NCBI RefSeq assembly: GCF_964355755.1
Contig: NC_092677.1
Coordinates: forward strand, 7,090,101-7,154,100
Length of the DNA: 64,000 nt
Direction: 5' to 3'
Origin: Antedon mediterranea
Taxonomy: Eukaryota; Animalia; Echinodermata
The translations under genes were made by a program, and so were the position numbers. Below are positions 1 to 13,267 of the stretch, in pieces (positions within the stretch are counted from its first letter, which is position 1; each line of letters starts with the position of its first letter). The notes under the pieces are model-generated. The model saw only the letters and a program-made list of their open reading frames with translations, was not told the origin of the DNA and ran no database searches.

Positions 1-129
1 CTTTCCGATCCTCGGGTTCCTAATAAGACTTAGTTTTTATACATGATATGTTTATCTAGTAATTGTAAGTTGCTGTTGCAGGAGTATGAAACAAACTATT
101 AATTATTAATCATTTTCATCTCTTCACAG

Positions 130-218
130 TATATCATATGAAAGAAACTGGTTGGATTAAAGTATCACAGACTGATGTAATGAAACTACATTATGAATAT
201 CAAGATGAGAAGAACTGA
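130..218 (+). CDS. PSMB5: Terminal coding exon of proteasome subunit beta type-5 (rest of gene lies upstream of the window)
   Basis: Acceptor ttcacag ends at 129. After 2 split-codon bases it reads YHMKETGWIKVSQTDVMKLHYEYQDEKN*, matching the beta5 C-terminus pattern (LYHVREDGWIRVS..V..LH..Y). TGA at 216-218, AATAAA at 253-258. Confidence 0.85.
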
Positions 219-2211
219 AATGAATAACACTTGTTAGGACCATGATAATTAAAATAAATGATTTTGTAACAACCTCATCCCCATTTAAACACTGAACTCA
301 CAAGATCACGTCAAGATTATTATTTCACGATTTGTTTTTTTACAATACAAACAGAAGATACAATACAACTCTCAGACGTCGTCGTTGTTTTTCTTTAAAT
401 AAGCTTAACTTTTAGATAATATTGAATTCTAGTTTCTCGCAAAAGATTAGCTAAAGTGCTCTATTGGTTTTTAGTAACAAAAGAATTAGCTATTAGATTC
501 TTTTCTGGTAACATGTAAGCTGCTTAGAAACAAACAATGGACATATTGTTATAAAATTTCTGTTCCTTATTTCAAAACAGACCAATTCAAACATGTTTGT
601 ATAAGTGCTTTTTAAAAGCTGCACCTGATGAAATTGTGTTTAACATTAGTAAAGTGGAACAGAATTTTTTAGACCGTTTCAGGAAATAAAATGATTGTAT
701 TGTACTTTTTTCTGTATTAAATTTTGATGTGCCATTTGGCCAGATATTCTGATTCAGATTTCATTATATAAAAAAATGTCCAGTATCTTATCAAGACGAC
801 GAGGAAGGAGGCCATCTACAGGCGTCGTTAGCCAGTATGGAGGAGTACCAGCCATGAACAATACACCAGTGGACAATCCTGTGCTGAAGTTATTTTTTAT
901 CACATTGTTCATTGAGAAACGCATCTTAATCAATCTCACTTTTTACCTTAATCTTAATTTTTCTCATACACTTTCCCACCTCAACATGCCCATCTCCATC
1001 GGGCTACTTTAGCAAATTATCAGAAGCATTCGTTAATATTTGACTTAAAATCCTCCATTTTACTTCTTATCTCTTAGTTCATTACCATTTACTCTTCATA
1101 AAACTGCCCTAAAAAATATTTTTAAAAACGTTTTTCTTTACTTAATGCTTTCGTTTTGTCAATATATTGATGTAGTGGGTGTCGTGTTGTTTAATTATCA
1201 GTATGCGTGTGTACATTCATTTATTTTATTTTTATTATCTATTAGCTTTTCCTATCGGTTTTTGTTTTATTGTCTGAATTTATTGATGCATCAAGTTTAT
1301 CACCTCAAATATAATACAATATCTTTAATAGCAAAGCAAGTATTGTGGGGAACGTGTTTTATCACCTGTAAATAAAAACTACAATAAAATGGTAACAAAC
1401 CAACCTCTTCTAATAATATAACAATAAAAAAAGTTACTGTGTGAAAAATAAAAAATAATTAAGAAAGAAAAACTTAATCCTATTTTTTGGTAGTTGTAAC
1501 AAGTAATACTGTACTATATATAAATTTAATCATATTAAGCTCATTGCTTTGCGCAATGGCACATAGCTCGCAGCAGAATTAAATTGTAATCTTTGGCATA
1601 TACCCACATTGTTTTTGTTTGTTTCATTTATTTATTTTCCACACATTGAAAAGAAGAACAGATATACCGGTATATATATACGGTATACTATATAAAAGAA
1701 AAAAATGACGGGAAAAGGAGATCAAAATAAGTAAATTGACCACCTGAACAGTTGTCGACATGACAAGAAAAATAATAACTCTAATATATTGACAAAACAA
1801 TATTGAAAGGAACAAAAAAAAAATAAATATATGGAATGTATCATCTTTGCAAAAAAAACATTGAGCCTACCAATGTTGGAAATTTGTGGGCCTCTTATGG
1901 CAACTCAGTATGGAAGAAACTAATTTCATTTTCTAGTTGAATTTTACTGGTATTCATATCAGGGTTAAGTTTCATTCTACCAAAACGATTCTGGTCCTCT
2001 GTTTGGTAACCTCTGTTTGGTAAAGGAAATAATTAGTACTTTTATGAATGTTTATATATTTTTCTGTAAAGATTTTTTTTAAGTTGTTTTTCTGTCATGG
2101 TACTGCATAATATGTAATGGAATGTAAAGACATCATGTCAATATATTAATTGTAATATTTGAAAAATTGGCATACAATGAATTATGTATGCGCCATAAGT
2201 TGAACATGACT

Positions 2212-2220
2212 ATTGCATCA
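2212..2220 (-). promoter_or_regulatory. Candidate C/EBP-ATF amino-acid response element upstream of the SLC7 gene
   Basis: ATTGCATCA (reverse strand TGATGCAAT) about 680 bp upstream of the ATG. A short motif that could occur by chance. Confidence 0.25.
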
Positions 2221-2659
2221 TCATATACAGTACTATATTAACAAATGATTTGAGTTAAGTGCAATGATCCATGGGTATTTTTACATCTAACACGATATTA
2301 TCTAGTCTCACACATGCAAAATTAATGATTTGATCCATATCATTGATCACCTTCATGTGTTTTTTGAATTTATGAAGATAAGCTTGGAAACCTTGAAACG
2401 TCAATCAAAAAAAGGCACGCATTTGATTGGTTTATGACTGGGAGAGTCAAATATTGCCGGTTGTGAGATTTTAAAACATATAAGTTTTATCAGTTAAAAT
2501 ATTTAAATACAAATCCAAATACACAAATTCGAGTATTAATTCAATAGAATACTAGATGATTTATATATAACGAGCGAAATTTGAAATAAACATTATGGAA
2601 TTTTGGAACCTGGTTTTATTATGAACCCATTTAAAAAATGGATCATTCCATTATATTTA

Positions 2660-2800
2660 ATTTACCGCGAAAAATCCCACGCGCGCGAAATCTACTCTAT
2701 AGTAAATATACCGTCAAAACAGGAAGTATCTTTGTTTGACCTTCATATTATCTGCACAACACACATCGAACCGGTGAAGAGAAGGAGAGGAGCACGTTGT
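2660..2800 (+). promoter_or_regulatory. Probable SLC7 proximal promoter / 5' UTR with CpG cluster
   Basis: Local CpG enrichment (ccgcgaaaa, cacgcgcgcgaaa; E2F-like) in otherwise CpG-poor DNA just upstream of exon 1. Confidence 0.35.
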
Positions 2801-2894
2801 TTGTTTTCCTTGCATATGGTTAACGAAATAGGTATTTATTTGACAATTAATAGTATCTGTTAGTAGATCTGTAACAAAATTGAACATTGTTAAG

Positions 2895-5800
2895 ATGGGT
2901 GATAATAGTGAAGTTGAAAATATGGCATTGGCGAGTGGAGATACCACGGAAATCAAGCCGTCGGAAGAGGAATTGCTTGTGGACGCTAAGATATCGCATG
3001 TTACACCTGAACATCAGCCGAATGGGCCGGTTGCAGGCGATTCGACCGACGGAGGACAAGTAACATTAAAAAAAGAAGTTGGGCTGTTCAATGGTGTAAC
3101 AGTAATCGTTGGCTCCATCATTGGATCTGGTATCTTCATATCACCAAAAGGTGTTTTAGAATCTTCAGCAGGGTCCGTTGGTATGTCTCTCCTTGTTTGG
3201 ACAATTTCCGGCCTTTTCTCACTTGTTGGTGCTCTTTGTTATGCTGAGCTGGGCACAACAATTCAGTTATCAGGAGGGGAGTATTCATATATTTACGAGG
3301 CTTTTGGAGAGTTACCAGCTTTCGTTCTCCTGTGGGTTACTTTAATCATCATTAACCCTACTGGCCAGGCTGTTGTCGCCTTAACTTTTTCATATTATGT
3401 TGTTCAGCCTTTTTATCCCGACCCAGATTGTCCGCCGCCAGATGAATTTATAAGAATTGCTGCCGTGTTGTGTTTAAGTAAGTTTTTAAAATTATTTTCT
3501 ATTTAATACCTAATAAATATTAAATCAAAACCTATATATCCTGGTATTTATATATACACATTTTTAGGCAAGAAATAAACAAAATATTTTTTTCAACAGC
3601 CAAAAAATAGCCAAAGCAGCATGGACGTTTACACAAGAAAAATAGAAATTTTCGGTGTTGTAAAGTCCCTTTACAAAATAAAAATAAATATGGTAGTGTT
3701 AGTAAAAGACGACATCAAGAAAAAAAAAACAAATATGTTTCAACAAACAGCTTCTAAAACATAAATGTACTGTACAGTATTAACCGAAAGTCAAAGACTG
3801 AAAAAATTCCAGATTAAATTAAAAATTACATATTATATAATCTGATCAAATATTGATCAAATATATTATATTTGATTTGTGGCATTGAATTTTTGTAATT
3901 TATTTTATTTCTTCGATAATTTTAATATCAAATGTATTGTGTCTTGTATTATAATGATCTAAACTCATCCTTTTCTTCACAAAGTATCTGCCTTCCTCCT
4001 TTGTATGTATAGTTGTATAATAATAAGTAATCAGTAATCCATGCTGTGTGCCTCATTCATTGACTAAATTTGCTCAAGACTCAAGTCTTTAGGCATTCCA
4101 TTCATCGTTGTTCATTGGACTGTTCCATTAATTCCCGCCCACACATGCATGAACACATCATAGTATTGGCCTTGAGCCACAACCATTGGTTTAAAACAAC
4201 TTTTTGTTTTATATACATGTGTTGCTATGATCGGTTGCATCATCCAATGTTTTTTTTTTTATATTCATATTATTTCCCGCCAAAATACTGTATTATACCA
4301 ATGTATTGAATAGACAATATTACCAATCAATATTTGATTGCAAAGTACTGACTGTTATTGTTATTCATTACTTTGAATAATCAATGATACACAGGTTTTA
4401 TACTGTATTTATTACATGATGCCATGGACAATAGCAAGGAAATCAATAACATCAAATCAAATATTCTTTAATAATCAGAAAATCATAAATAAACTACTTA
4501 AAATGTTGATGTTAAAATCAATAACTACATACAAATATACTGGGTTCATATTTATTAATATACACAAGTTTTCTATATAATTATTAATACTGACAACCTT
4601 TTATAAGTGTTCCTTCGTATCTATAGCAGCCGCATATCAGTGCTCATTCATCTGACCACAATGGCAGGGGCTGAAATTTACCTGTAACACCGGTGTTACG
4701 GGTGCAAAGACAGCATAAGATACATGAATAATAGCATATTGTGCTTTAAATATATATAGTTTTACATGATAAAAGGAGGACCATGCATGCCATATGTCAT
4801 ACTATGTATAGTTTTACATGATAAAATGAGGAGCATGCATGCCATATGTCACACTGGGTTTACCCCTTACTCTTCAGAAAGAAGTACTGAGGGTTGAGTG
4901 TCACATACCCTGAGCCAGATATATATACTGGACCTTGGAGTTTTCTGAGAGGACTTGTTCTAACATCAGAACTATGGACAAGGAGACTCTTGAAACTGTG
5001 CTGATTTTGTTGATGCCCTGAATGACCCCCTCCACTGTCTGAATGAGCCGCTTGGCCACTCAACTGCAATATATTTATTTTGTTATTTATCAAATCTGTA
5101 GATAATAAACGATTTTATCATTCTTCTACTAATTTAATCAACCTAGATAAATGCAAATGCGGATATTTGTTGAACTCAACACATGCACAGTATTCGCATG
5201 TTTACATTGTAATTTCAAAATGTACCATAAATGTATCTCCTGTGCGTCATAACCCTTTATTTTTGTGATACGTTATAGAAATAATATAATTTTAGTGAGT
5301 TGGTCACTGTAGATATTTAGTTTTTAAGAATGTGACCTTAATTAAAGCACCCAGAAACTGAGTGAAGTACTGTACTCTGCAAAATATTGCCACAGAGGGC
5401 GCATGTTTATATTTATAAAAGAAATTTATCTTTAATTATTTATGAACCGATTTTCTTGAATCTATAATATGATATACGATGTGTAATAGCAGGGAGATAA
5501 TCATATTTTGGTATTTTGATACTAATATTGTTTCATTTAACTACTACTTTCTACAACACTTTCTAAAATCTATATAATTTCGTCATATAGGCTATTTTGG
5601 CTTATACAGTTAATGGTATAGTACTCCAGGGAAGTGAAGCTTACTTATAATATAATGGCATATAATAATCACGTTTTTATAGTGTATTGCACTAGTTTCT
5701 ATAACAGCATTGACCTATACATTATTTTAATCTTATTGATCTTAAACTGATTGATGTATTGTTTCACTTTACACAGCTCTATTGACATTCATTAACTGTT

Positions 5801-8800
5801 GGAGTGTGCCATTGGCTACCAAGGTTCAAGATGTCTTCACAGTGGCTAAGGTGTCGGCGCTTATCATCATTATCATCGCCGGATTTGCGTATATGGCGCA
5901 AGGTAATGACAATGAACTATAAATGAGGGGCTTAATCGGTCAGTCCGTGCAAGATTAGGAAGTTCTAATTTATTATCAATTGTAACTTAAATTGAGTGAG
6001 AGGAATTTATGTATCGGCTATGAGGCTTACTTGGACTAAATAGGGATTCATAACAGGGCCCAGAAAAGAAAAATACAATTCCGACCTGTCCACATTGTTG
6101 GGACCTCCCCTTAGGGTGACAAAATCAGCGGGCTTCGGCCTCTGCAGTACACCACTGGGCAACACATCTACCCTTGTTACAATTGCCTCTTTTATCAAAG
6201 AGTGCGGTGCTGTACAGTATACTGTAGTATATTACCGTCTCAACTCAAATTAGAAAAGATAATTAAAAAATGGCCTGACTTAAAAACTTCTGCAATAGTT
6301 GAACCATACTACTTTATTGATAAGAAAAGAAAATCCATTTCTATATTTAATATTTTAATTTTCACATTAGGAATAATTTTGTTAATCAAACAACTTATTG
6401 CTTTGACAGGCAACACAGAAAATTTTGAAAATTCTTTTGAAAATAAGATTGGAGAAGATGGAAGCATAGCACTTGCTTTCTACAGTGGGTTATTTGCATA
6501 TGCAGGCTGGTAAGTACTTTGGAGAGTAGTGTGAGAAGACACTTTCCAAAAAAAGTAGTGTAAAGTCTCAAACTCATTCCTCTTTACTTTCTGTAAACCT
6601 GAATTCGTCAGATTGTGTTAAAAAATAGAAATATTAAAGATTTTATTTCTTTCCGATTGGAAGTAATTTTTATGAATATTTTTCTACTTGTAGAGAATAT
6701 AGAATTATGTTTAAATAATGAGTAATAATACATAAGAATATAATATATTTGGTTTTATGTTTTACTGTAGGTATACATAGCAAGTATGCACTATTTAACG
6801 TTTGTTTGCAGTACACATGTTTCTAAAAGGAAACGAATTTTGAGTTTTATATATATGAAATATTAACGATTCTATTCAAGGCATGATTCAATGTTTTTTC
6901 TTTCACTAGCAGCACACACTGAGCTATTATAGTAGTACTGTAGTTAGCTATAGATGTTAATGTAATAGGTTTAGTCCATATTTTGAATGCAACATAACTT
7001 ACTACTAGAGTAAATAGAAACAGATTTCCTCATCTTTATCATTTTAAATTAATTAATAAATTTTCAGTAATCACTGGGCAGTTTAGAATTTTTTCTGTGG
7101 CTGTATACATATTTATAATTATTAACATGTGTAAAAATTACAATCACAATATTTAATCAGTATTGTTTTGTATTTTTCAGGAATTATTTGAATTATTTGA
7201 CAGAAGAAATTAAAGAATCAGACCAGTATGTTGTTTGTTATTTACTATTGCTGTTAATTATTAAAGCAAAGTACTTAAAACAAATAATCACTTAAGTGTT
7301 ACTATGAGGAACACATGTTGTAATTTTTATTTACCAAGAATGCAATACTTGTCATAAAGCTGATTTGTTTTATTTGGAAAAAATAGTATATCTCTTTATG
7401 TATATGTATGTATGGTTTTTATTATAAATAAATGATAAAGTATATATTATATAAAATATGGAGGAAAAATGGAAACATAAAAACTTGGTGCAAAAAGTAT
7501 GCATTTCAGCTTAGAGAAGAGCTTTATTCACTCTATGGTAGTTGATAATCTATGCAACTGAAACTATTTACCAAGAATGCAATACTTTCCATAAAGCTGA
7601 TTTGTTGTATTTGGAAAAAATAGTATATTTCTTTATGTATATGTATGTTCAGCTTAGAGAAGAGCTTTATTCACTCTACGGTAGTTGATAGTCTATGCAA
7701 CAGGAGGACAGTCATACTGTATTTTATGTGCAGTATTTATTATAGATAAAATGAATGTACTGAAATAAAAAAGGAAGCAAAAATTAAAATTATTTAAACT
7801 TCGAGAGGAGCTTATTGGCAATATGCATTTCCTCTATGGTAGTTGATAATTTACTGAACTAAAAGACTTCCAGCGAATATTTAAACGTGCGTGCCTACAC
7901 ACAATATTAAGTAAATTATGATCATAAGTGAGGGTTCCATTAGTGTATATTGCAGCTACAGTAAAGTTTAAGCCTATAATCTGATGGACATAATTGACCT
8001 CATACTAAAGCACTTTGCCATATTGGTTATAAGTTCACAAGGTTTGAGCCATCTATTACTATACAACACTAAAGCTCTGGGGCAATATGCTACAGCATCA
8101 AACTTCAACATATTCTAAATGCATAACCTAAAGCATGTTTTCCACAATTTATTCTTGCGAAGATTTCAAAACCAATCCGAGCAAACAATCTTGTAAGTTG
8201 TAAGTTGTAGCAGGAACATATTAAACTGGTAGCACTATTTACCCAAACAAATTTGCCTAGTAGAAAAAAGGCTTTGTATCGATTAACTTGCGTAATGAAA
8301 CACTTGTTGGCTGGCTTGCATTTGCTGGTTTTAAAAATCTGTACCGGTAATGTATTTTATTTTCCTTTCAGAAATTTACCAAGGGCTATTATCATTGCCA
8401 TGCCACTAGTAACAATCATCTATGTACTAGCGAATGTGGCATACTTTGCTGTTCTCTCACCCAATGAGCTGATGCTGTCAAACGCAGTAGCAGTTGTACG
8501 TATAAGTTCACTGATTTACGTAGAATACAGTTTTAGCTTAGTTAAGATGCTCTTCTACCACTCCAAGGGTCCTGGGTTCAAGTCCTTCCATATGATGTCA
8601 GGATTTGTTCTGAGACAAAAAAACAACTCTACTCGGAAAATTGGTTAATATGCACTGTAGAGTCTTTTGCGTATTATGTTTGTCAGAGCTGGATTGCTAG
8701 TTTTAAGTAGGACACTGAATGAATTCGCTTAAGGTTATTTTCCTTAATATAAAAACAAATACTGGTGTAGACTAAACATACTTAAGCAGTAATAATGTGT

Positions 8801-9765
8801 TATTTGCTGGAATTTTACAAATAAAAATGTGATATTTTCTTTAGTCATTTGCAGTGAAAGTTCTTGGACCAATGGCTTGGATTATTCCCATTGCTGTGGC
8901 AATGTCTACATTTGGAGCTGTTAATGGGGGGATTTTATCCCAGTCAAGGTAATTAATATAAACTCTATCAATCACTATCAAGGAGATTTAGGCAGTCTAC
9001 ATTCACTAATATTCCATTTCCAAGAAAGGACATAGAACCGTGTCCAATAGCGTTATGATATTTGGCCATCTGGTTCTTCGTCATGTCCAATAGCGTTATG
9101 ATATTTGGCCATCTGGTTCTTTGTCATGTCCAATAGCGTTATGATATTTGGCCATCTGGTTCTTTGTCAACATAGATTCTACTGTAGCCAGACTGTAATT
9201 CTTATTTGAAGGAAAGGAACTGGTCTTGTTCCAACAAGAACTGCCTCAAACATTCAACCCAATTACTATATATTTACTAAAAACATCCATTTTTAGCTCA
9301 ACCTTCGCAATTTGAAAGTTTCCTATTGATGGGTTTAAATAAAAATCATACCTTATTATAGACTATACTGTACCTACTCTTTTATATATTATGTAAGGTA
9401 ATGTCTTCATAACCGTTTAATGTATTGAATAATTTAGGTTGTTTTTTGTGGGTGCTCGCGAAGGCCAGCTACCTCAATTGATGGGGATGATACATGTTAA
9501 GCGGTGTACACCTCTACCTTCTATTTTTTTCACAGTAAGTAATATTTATTTTGAGATTTGAGAAGCAACAGTACCTTATTTGCCAAAAAGCCCTTCTTGT
9601 ACATTAAACATTTAACCCAGATGAAGGAATAGTGATTTCTAAAAGCTTTTCACTTTCTGACTCTTTTGCATTATCGATTTGTTTTCTGCTTTAATTTATT
9701 TGTATCTCCATTGAGATCTAGCCACTGATACCCATAGTGTTAATTTGTCTGTAATTTGCTTTTTG

Positions 9766-9800
<35 letters not shown>

Positions 9801-10483
9801 ATTGTTTGCTTATTTTCTTTTATCGCAGTGTATTTTGTCGTGTATGTATGTGTTCGTGTCTGAGATAGACACACTAATAAACTACTTCAGCTTTGTCACG
9901 TGGCTTGCAATCGGCTTTGCAGTCTGCGGTCTCATTTACTTGCGTTTCAAGAAACCAGAGCTCAAAAGGCCATTTAAGGTAAGAGTGCAAATTAGTTCAC
10001 AATTTCTTCCTGAACCAGTCATGGCATGGTATATTAATAATTTAATTTTTGTTTTTACTCAAACAGTTTGTAATTTCTGTTTTCTTTTGCAGCTAAATAT
10101 TATGTTCCCAATAGCCTTTGTTTTGGCATGTCTGTTTTTGACTGTCATGGGCGTTATTGCTGCCTTCTACGATACACTGATTGGCTTAGCCATTACGATT
10201 ACGGCATTCCCCGTTTATTTCCTCTGCATCAAGTGGACGGATAAACCACTTGTTTTTCTACGAATGATAAGTAAGAACTTTTTTTTTTATCAACACCTGA
10301 ATAAATGGTTATATTACTAAAAGTTGTTGTATCTACTGTAAACATGATGCCTGCACATTGCATCTAAAATTGTCCATAATGAATATAACTTTAATATTAA
10401 ATTTTATTTTCTTTCATTCAGCAACAACAAGTTTTTGGTTTCAGAGGCTGTTTATGGTTGTTGGTCAGCAGAAAATTGATTAA
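2895..10483 (+). CDS. SLC7 L-type amino acid transporter light chain (LAT1/LAT2/y+LAT-like), 10 exons, 522 aa
   Basis: Exons 2895-3477, 5777-5902, 6410-6509, 7181-7225, 8372-8495, 8845-8948, 9438-9534, 9829-9978, 10093-10270, 10422-10483. All GT-AG, phases consistent, total 1569 nt. Motifs: [23 protein letters not shown], the extracellular PDC.PP cysteine used for heavy-chain linkage, [35 protein letters not shown]-terminal FQRLFMVV. Confidence 0.95.
4851..5062 (-). mobile_element. Degenerate tRNA-derived SINE, same family as 50075-50338
   Basis: Colinear shared blocks with the 50-kb copy: accccttactc, tgagccagat.t.ta.actggacct, tccactgtct, ttggccactca. Confidence 0.6.
7327..7860 (+). repeat. 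Local imperfect tandem duplication in SLC7 intron 4
   Basis: tttaccaagaatgcaatactt...tatgtatatgtatg at about 7330 and 7567. ttcagcttagagaagagctttattcactcta.ggtagttgata at about 7505 and 7648, degenerate near 7800. Confidence 0.8.
9041..9169 (+). repeat. 3 x 43-bp tandem repeat
   Basis: tgtccaatagcgttatgatatttggccatctggttctt(c/t)gtca starting at 9041, 9084 and 9127. Confidence 0.95.
9769..9796. repeat. (TA)n microsatellite
   Basis: About 14 TA units shortly before the exon 8 acceptor. Confidence 0.9.
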
Positions 10484-12401
10484 GGAATTAGTCAAGGTAA
10501 AGTTGATAATGATAATAAAAAACTATCCAATGCTATTCACTATGTCAACTTTTTTCCCCTGCTCCAATTTCTCATGTATTCACCCTTCTCTAAGCTACAT
10601 TCATAGATTAGAAATGAAAGTGAGCTCGGTTTTGATTTTTAAAATGGGAAAATAATGAAAACTTGAATTGAATTGCACCTCTTTCCCTGAAACGTAACAA
10701 ATGGAAAATGTAGCTTTAGAATCACTAAATAATAATAATAATAATTTTATTATTGAATACATTAATATCAACATGAAGTTAACAACACCAACTGTCTTTT
10801 TAACAGAATTATTTCTTTTTATTCTTTCAGAGTTTTTTTATATGAATCACAGATGTATAGCAATGCAATTCAAGTACATTCTGATCCTTTGTCTTATACT
10901 ACGCGATAAGTACACGACTTGTTACACCGTGTGCCAACTAAAACTGTGAGATGTAAACAGTAACACATAACCTAAACTGTCATAAAGGCATCTGTACTTA
11001 AGCCTGTTTCCCACTAGGGCGAATCGAAAAAGCATTCCGCTTATACGCATGCATATTTATCTTTTATCTTCAAAATCTCTTTCTGAGACGAATTCTAGTT
11101 CCTTGAGTTTTTCGCTTTAGCAAAATTAGTAGTTTGAATTGTTTCTACTGTTTGCGATGCAAAAAAATGCGCAACCAATCAAAGCTCAGGAAATAAGTCG
11201 TTCATGTACTTTAAACGAAGTTACATTTATTTCAACTTAGAGGAAGAAGGTACTTAAAATTTGAAATGACCTACAACAAGTTCACAGTACTATACAAGGT
11301 CCGCTTATTTCGGCTTAAGACATCCAAATACTAGTTGTCGTCACCAAAGATTCCACTTGTATTTGAAGAACAGCATTGAAATTAGTAGCTTACCAAAAAA
11401 TGTATATAAACCTCTGCGAAATGGTGAGTGAAACCAGCCTAACTATTTGACTCAAGACGATGAAAGATGAAAAAATGAAGTCTAACCCACAACTATGGCA
11501 TTCCTAAACACATCACTTTGCCAACCAGCCGGTTACACATGCATTCATTAAACTATGTGTATATGATCACAGTGGAAGTTTTTTTTTAAACAACCAAAAA
11601 CAGTTCATTTGATACTTGTTCTCTACTCACAAAAGCCATGAAAAGATATGAATAGCAAACTGTCCACAAGATCTGTTATCAACTTTTTACTCTGATTGAG
11701 TTTCAGTACAGCGTTTAATTATATGTAGGTGCTTCCTTTTAAATGCCACTCTAATACTTTTATTTGTACAGTAAAAAAAAACTTTCTGTTCCTGTCAGAA
11801 TCTTTTTTTTGTCGTTTTTTCATGTGCCAATTACTGTATCACCAAACTCGTACCACCTTCTTCAATATGTTTTACAAAATAATACAGTATTATTTCGTAA
11901 GACCAAAAATCCATCCACTAAGCTGTTCATATTATGTATCAATAATTACGAGTGTACTTGGAAAGTAGAAAGTTATCTAATTTTAAACAAAAAATGATGG
12001 TCATGGCAACAAAATTATGATTTAGGTTAAAATCTGCCATTTCCTGGGAATTTAAATTTAGTTTTTGTTTGTTCGTAAATTTAGTAAGAAATTATGTGAC
12101 TTGTTGAACTTTTAACTTAGCATCCTTAAAAATTAATTTACATTGTATATTTATTATCTTGTACTGTATGTTGAGTGCCTTATCTGTGGCATTTTAAAAT
12201 TAGATAATATTAAATAATACTGTACTTAAATAATTCAAACTGGTTGAAACCATTGACATCTGGTTTTCATTTTACATATGGAAAGAAGCATTTAAATTAT
12301 GCAAGAGCGGGAATATGTATTTAAGAAATCTCAGTGAATGTTTGGTCACAATGTACTGTAGTTGTATAATATATCATAATCAACATTTGGAAACCCATTA
12401 A

Positions 12402-12660
12402 AGATGTTTTGTCCCCCTGAAAAAATAATTCTTAACAAAATTTTTGCTGAATATACCATTTTAATGTAACCTAAGAGTTATCCACTTTGACCAAAAAATG
12501 GATCGAAAAAAAGAATTTAACCATTTTTTTGTCATTTTATAAGTGAAAACATTTGGGGTTTTTTCCTACAAAAGCGATTAACTTTAATAAACTACAAAAT
12601 AACTCGAAGTCTGATTTAATTAATCTTCATTTTTCATGTTTTTTGGGGGACAATACATCT
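12402..12660. mobile_element. MITE with TTAA target duplication (Kolobok- or piggyBac-type)
   Basis: TTAA|AGATGTTTTGTCCCCC ... GGGGGACAATACATCT|TTAA. Confidence 0.8.
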
Positions 12661-13139
12661 TTAATTCTTAGTTATTAACAACTTTTATTTCTGACAACTG
12701 ATATTGCTCTATGTTTACACAATGAAAGAAATTAACATCTGTTTATTGACTCGCACATCCATTCCATTTTAACCAAAATGTCACTTTTAACAGTGATTGT
12801 CCTGAGCCTTGCATGCTTTTATATACTTGCCAACTGCAGTGTTAAAAAAAGGATTAAAATACGGTAAATTAAAATTTTGTTCGGGAAACTGCAATTAAAT
12901 TTATGGATTTCTGTATACATATATCTATTTTGGTATTAATGTTTGTATTTATTTTAACTTTTAGTTTACACAGAGAAGTGATTAGGAGTGAAAATATGTA
13001 AATATTGTTTAGAGCTTATTGCATGCTTTATAGATGCCACACCAAGTGTGGAAAATGTATAAATGTGTTATAGGATTAACTGCAAAATGGCTTTGGCCTA
13101 CGTTCAAACTCGCAGAGTTATTGTTGATTTGTTTATTTA

Positions 13140-13267
13140 AAGCCTAGTTTACACTATCAAACTTGTTTAAATTTTTTTCTTCAACTAATGTTTGTCAGTG
13201 TAGACTTCTGTAAACTTATTTTCTGCAATTTTTTTTTCAAACAAAGTTTCCCAGTGTGGACTAGGTT
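13140..13267. mobile_element. Small degenerate MITE
   Basis: cctagtttacact ... agtgtggactagg inverted ends; internal acactatcaaact shared with the family at 27305. Confidence 0.45.

Noticed and set aside
754-1110. ORFs 754-939 and 776-1012; possible decayed RTE-type LINE end on the minus strand
   Set aside because: No convincing domain. Only a faint RW..GHV-like trace is visible, too weak to call.
2880-2894. TTG start given by the ORF track for the SLC7 first exon
   Set aside because: In a eukaryote the in-frame ATG at 2895 (aagATGg, good Kozak context) is the likely start. Other track ORFs overlapping exons also run into introns.
8525-8640. tRNA gene candidate (gggttcaagtcc B-box)
   Set aside because: No cloverleaf or acceptor stem can be formed; more likely a decayed SINE head.
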